Source of the DNA: a virus
Taxonomy: Duplodnaviria > Caudoviricetes
Length of the DNA stretch: 45,401 bases
IMG/VR virus record: IMGVR_UViG_3300010366_000019
Location: 1 to 45,401 of that record
Strand: one strand, 5' to 3'
Shown: one piece after another, positions 42,009-45,401 of the stretch
Layout: every line of letters begins with the position of its first letter
Position numbering within the stretch: the stretch's first letter is position 1
Made by a program: the position numbers and the translations under genes
The notes under the pieces: model-generated
What the model was told of the DNA's origin: nothing
What the model saw: only the letters and a program-made list of their open reading frames with translations
Database searches by the model: none

Positions 42009-44321
42009 ATGGCTGATCATAGCGATCGCTACCCCAACGAGGGTGGAGCCACACCCCGCACGCTGCAGATGGCGTTGGCGCTGGCCGGTGCTGGCTACCT
42101 CGTCTTCCCGTGTCTGCCGAATCGCAAGGAGCCGGCGACCGAGCACGGCTTCAAGGACGCCACCACCGAGCCGACGGCGATCACCGGGTGGTTCGCCGAA
42201 CGGCCCTCGCTGAACCTGGCCATCGCCACCGGCCCGCAGCCCAACGGCGTCAACCTGTTCGCCGTCGACATCGACGCCAAGTCGGGCGGCCTGGCCACGT
42301 GGGCAGCCCTGACCGACGTCCACGGTCACCCGCTGGCCCCCAAGCACTTCACCCCCAACGGCGGGTTCCACGTCTTCTTCGACGCCCCGTCCGGCCTGGC
42401 CAACACCAGGGCTCGGCTCGGACCGGGGATCGACACCCGGGGCGTCGGCGGGTACGTGGTGGCGCCGCCCAGCCAGCTGGTCGACGGCAACGGCGAGATC
42501 CTGCCGCTGTACCGCTCGACCAAGACCCAGGCCCTGCTCTACAACCCGCCGCCCGGGCTGCCGCTGTGGATCATCGAGGCCCTGGAGCCGGCCGGTCCCA
42601 GCGTGCGCATCGAGGACTCGGTGCAGCGCCACCCCAGCCACCACGAAACCGTCGACATCTACTCCTGGACCAAGTCCAATGTGTCGCTGCTCGACCTGAT
42701 GATCGCTGACGGGTGGACGGTCGGCAGGCGCCGGGGCAACGAGTACCAGCTGACGAGGCCGGGCAAGGACGTCCGGGAGGGCAACTCGGCGACGTATCAC
42801 CGGGACACGAACCACGTCGTGATCTACTCGACCAACGCCCCGGCCGAGCTCCGGGTGAGCCGCCCCGGGCAGGTCACCCAAGGTGGGCACTTGTCCTTCA
42901 GCTGCGCCGACTACCTGGCCATGACCCGCTACGGCGGTGATCAGGTGGCGATGCAGCGTGCCATGATGCGTGCCGCCGGGTGGGCGGGACCCGGCGGCGA
43001 GGAGACGGATAGCGGGCGCATCGCGCCTCCCAGTAGTGACGGTACGCCCCCGCCCCAAGCTCCGGTTCTCACGCTGCCGACCGAGTTCTACGACCAGCGA
43101 CCGTGGATGGCGGCCTGTCGTCAGATGGCCCAGGCCGTCGGCGGGTCGCCGGCGGCCCACCTGCTGGCCTTCATGTGCCGGTGGGCCACGCTGATCCCGC
43201 CGGGGTTCTCGATCCCGCCGATCAACGGGGCCCCGTCGAGCTTCGACCTGCTGTGCGTCATCGCCGGGACCAGCGGCTCGGGCAAGACCTCCCCGATGCG
43301 CAACGCCGAGGAGATGCTGCCGATCCTGCGCAAAGACCTGCGTATGGGCCTCGGCATCGGCTCCGGCGAGGGGATCATCGAGGCGTTCTATGCGTTCGAG
43401 ATGGTCGAGGGCGACGACGGCAAGAAGCGCAAGGAGCGGCGCAAGGCCATCGCCGGCGTCAACTTCGCCGTCTCCGAGGGGCTGATCTTCGCCGAGCTCG
43501 CCGGACGTGGTGGCACCACCCACGTGACCAGGCTCTGCGACGCCTGGTCGGGAGCGGCGCTGTCGACGGCCAACGCCACCGCCGAGACGTTCCGCCACAT
43601 CCCGGCGAACCAGTACCGCCTCAGCCTGATGATGGGCATCCAGGCCACCCAGGCCCACGAACTGATGACCGATTCGGCCGCCAGCCAGGGCTTCGTCGGT
43701 CGCCTGCTGTTCGCCTGGGCCGAAGAGCCCCGGGTCTCGCCCCGCCCGGTGCCGCCGGAGCGCCTCGTGGTCCCGGTGCCGGGCGGCCCGCCGCCGATCG
43801 CCGGCGTCTACCAGCAGACCTACCTGTCGTACCCGCCGGAGATCTACGCCGAGATCCAGGCCGCCAACGACGCCAGAGTCGGCACCGACGTCCCCGTCGA
43901 GGAGCACCACCACGACCTCCTGCGCTGCAAGGTGGCCGGAATCTTGGCGCTGATGGACGGCCGACTCTCCGTCAACCTGGACGACTGGCTCATCGCCACG
44001 ACGCTCGTCGACATTTCCGCCCTCACGAGATTGCACCTGTATTCGATCCGCCGTCAGGCGCAACGTGCCCAGCGTCACACCGCCGCCGTGGCCAAGGCGG
44101 AGTCGGAGATCGTCGTGGAGGACGTGAAGGAACGCCGAGCCATCGCTCGTATGGCCGAAGCGATCCGCAACCACGTCGTCGATGGGGCGGTGTCCAGGCG
44201 CAAGGTCGCCCGGGCTGTGTCGAGCTCGTCGACCAGGTACCGCTTCGACAATGCATTGACGCTCGCCATCAGCAACGGTTGGGTCGTGGTGGACGGCGAT
44301 CAGGTCAGGTCGATCGAGTAG
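42009..44321 (+). CDS. Bifunctional primase/polymerase (Prim-Pol) fused to a P-loop helicase-like domain
   Basis: VFPC..K.P..HGFKDAT, AVDID, TPNGGFH, GIDTRG.GGYVVAPPS; GTSGSGKT. Confidence 0.88.
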   Translation: MADHSDRYPNEGGATPRTLQMALALAGAGYLVFPCLPNRKEPATEHGFKDATTEPTAITGWFAERPSLNLAIATGPQPNGVNLFAVDIDAKSGGLATWAALTDVHGHPLAPKHFTPNGGFHVFFDAPSGLANTRARLGPGIDTRGVGGYVVAPPSQLVDGNGEILPLYRSTKTQALLYNPPPGLPLWIIEALEPAGPSVRIEDSVQRHPSHHETVDIYSWTKSNVSLLDLMIADGWTVGRRRGNEYQLTRPGKDVREGNSATYHRDTNHVVIYSTNAPAELRVSRPGQVTQGGHLSFSCADYLAMTRYGGDQVAMQRAMMRAAGWAGPGGEETDSGRIAPPSSDGTPPPQAPVLTLPTEFYDQRPWMAACRQMAQAVGGSPAAHLLAFMCRWATLIPPGFSIPPINGAPSSFDLLCVIAGTSGSGKTSPMRNAEEMLPILRKDLRMGLGIGSGEGIIEAFYAFEMVEGDDGKKRKERRKAIAGVNFAVSEGLIFAELAGRGGTTHVTRLCDAWSGAALSTANATAETFRHIPANQYRLSLMMGIQATQAHELMTDSAASQGFVGRLLFAWAEEPRVSPRPVPPERLVVPVPGGPPPIAGVYQQTYLSYPPEIYAEIQAANDARVGTDVPVEEHHHDLLRCKVAGILALMDGRLSVNLDDWLIATTLVDISALTRLHLYSIRRQAQRAQRHTAAVAKAESEIVVEDVKERRAIARMAEAIRNHVVDGAVSRRKVARAVSSSSTRYRFDNALTLAISNGWVVVDGDQVRSIE

Positions 44322-44469
44322 GGGGGGAAGCGGGGAAGCTTCCCCCCTCCCCTCTCTCGCTTGAAATCGAGTCACAACCCCAAGTCCTGATAAAACACAC
44401 TTATCCACAGGGTTATCCACAGGCAAATCTTCCCCTAGGGGGGGAAGCTTCCCCTCTCTTCCCCCCCTA
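44319..44469. other. Putative replication origin: ~30-bp imperfect inverted repeat enclosing two DnaA boxes
   Basis: TAGGGGGGGAAG (44319-30) / CTTCCCCCCCTA (44458-69); GGGGAAGCTTCCCC at 44332 and 44441; TTATCCACA at 44401 and 44413. Confidence 0.65.
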
Positions 44470-44472
44470 ACG

Positions 44473-44488
44473 TCGAACACTTGTCCGA
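44473..44488. promoter_or_regulatory. LexA (SOS) box-like site
   Basis: TCGAAC-ACTT-GTCCGA, one mismatch to actinobacterial TCGAAC-N4-GTTCGA. Confidence 0.5.
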
Positions 44489-44571
44489 TCACCGATCCGT
44501 AGCTTGATACGGTCCGTGATCGCCGGTCTCTAGCGCTTTCTATGGTCGTCTTGGGCCCCCGGTCCTTAGCC

Positions 44572-44585
44572 AGAACACCTGTTCG
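44572..44585. promoter_or_regulatory. LexA (SOS) box-like site
   Basis: AGAAC-ACCT-GTTCG with a perfect GAAC-N4-GTTC core. Confidence 0.55.
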
Positions 44586-44673
44586 GTCGGACCATCCGAT
44601 ACTTCACAGAAAATCTCTCTTTGGTCGACTCCCCTTTACCTTTATCGCTACGGGGCGGGCGGCCCACACCTCC

Positions 44674-44698
44674 GGGGGGCGGGGGGTGGGGGCGGGGG
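44674..44698 (+). other. G-quadruplex-forming motif
   Basis: G6-C-G6-T-G5-C-G5. Confidence 0.7.
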
Positions 44699-44706
44699 TG
44701 CATAAT
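44695..44706 (+). promoter_or_regulatory. Putative early-operon -10 element
   Basis: GGGGTG-CATAAT, 70 nt upstream of ATG 44777. Confidence 0.5.
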
Positions 44707-44722
44707 GGTGGTGGCGACTTTC

Positions 44723-44738
44723 CGCTGCACGTGCAGCG
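44723..44738. repeat. 16-bp palindrome copy between the putative promoter and the first early gene
   Basis: Exact match (18 bp with flanking c/g). Confidence 0.95.
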
Positions 44739-44776
44739 GGCGCCCTGTCACGAACCAGAAGGAGCAGACAGACACC

Positions 44777-45401
44777 ATGAGCAACACCAAGAACACCAAG
44801 ACGGCGGACACCCTGGTCCGCCCCGATGGCCTGTCGGACGAGGCGTGGATCGCCGTCCTCGCCTCAACCCCCGACGCCGCCCACCTCGCCGTGATGGAGC
44901 AGGCGGTCGGCACGGCCGACGACGCCGCCCGTCTGGCGACGTTCGAAGGCCGTGTCCGCACGTCCTACATGGCGGGCCGCACGGCGATCGTCAAGGCGAC
45001 GGTCGTGACCGGCAAGGCGCCGGAAGACTTCGCCGCCGTCGCCAAGGCGTGCGGCGTCTCGTCCGACGGCGGTACCTACCTGGGCCGCAAGTACAGCACC
45101 CTCCGAGAGTGCTACCGCATTGCCGAGACGCACACCGCCGAGCGGTGCGAGGCGTTCACGGTCGCCTTCCGCGAGGCGACGGGTCGCAACCCGGAGCAGG
45201 TGCGTCAGTACGTGCAATGGGCGGGCGCCGACGCCAAGGGCGGTGCCACGGCTGCCAAGAACACGGTGGGCACCATCGCCACCCGCGAGGCGACCGCCGA
45301 AGCGGCCAAGGTCAAGGCGTCGTCGGACGCCGCTGCCGCCCGTGACCAGGCCACGGCCCTGGTCGCCGCCGGTCTGGTCAAGGGGTGCAAGCTGACGGCG
45401 G
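44777..45401 (+). CDS. First early gene, Ala-rich, truncated by the window end; not in the ORF track
   Basis: aaggag RBS; open for 208 codons (MSNTKNTKTADTLVRP...GCKLTA); weak HTH-like FAAVAKACGVS. Confidence 0.75.
   Translation, partial: MSNTKNTKTADTLVRPDGLSDEAWIAVLASTPDAAHLAVMEQAVGTADDAARLATFEGRVRTSYMAGRTAIVKATVVTGKAPEDFAAVAKACGVSSDGGTYLGRKYSTLRECYRIAETHTAERCEAFTVAFREATGRNPEQVRQYVQWAGADAKGGATAAKNTVGTIATREATAEAAKVKASSDAAAARDQATALVAAGLVKGCKLTA

Noticed and set aside
41991-44492. 833-aa - strand ORF (also 2237..3853 and 38633..40135)
   Set aside because: Antisense shadows of the primase, ATPase and nuclease genes
1-45401. Integrase/att sites, tRNA genes, tail-chaperone frameshift, reverse transcriptase/DGR
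   Set aside because: No recognisable motifs by eye; absence should be confirmed with HMM and tRNAscan searches

Overview
The window looks like a near-complete, probably circularly permuted ~45 kb genome of a high-GC (likely actinobacterial) tailed phage with podovirus-like architecture. It has three blocks. (i) A + strand early/accessory operon (44777 across the window end to ~9121) of many small genes: Zn-binding proteins, micro-membrane proteins, an AAA+ ATPase, a small HTH protein and an Rpf-like lipoprotein. (ii) A - strand virion and lysis block (37593 down to 9180): terS, fibre genes, terL, portal, scaffold, major capsid, adaptor, nozzle, collar fibre, putative ejection proteins including a ~2520-aa protein, an amidase endolysin and holin-like genes. 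(iii) A + strand replication block (37724-44321): RHH regulator, RuvC-like resolvase, PD-(D/E)XK nuclease, SSB, HNH and primase-polymerase/helicase. I found no integrase, classical CI-type repressor, parA/parB, tRNA or CRISPR array. The most striking signal is a dispersed 16-bp palindrome, CGCTGCACGTGCAGCG (consensus YRCTGCAYRTGCAGYR). I found 16 close and 2 more degenerate copies by eye; 12 are packed into the ~8.4 kb early region, and several form the apex of longer hairpins. Next to it, a ~450-bp non-coding hub (44319-44776) holds two perfect DnaA boxes inside an inverted repeat, two LexA/SOS-box-like sites, a very strong G-quadruplex motif and a likely early promoter. All product calls come from motif recognition by eye; no database searches were run.
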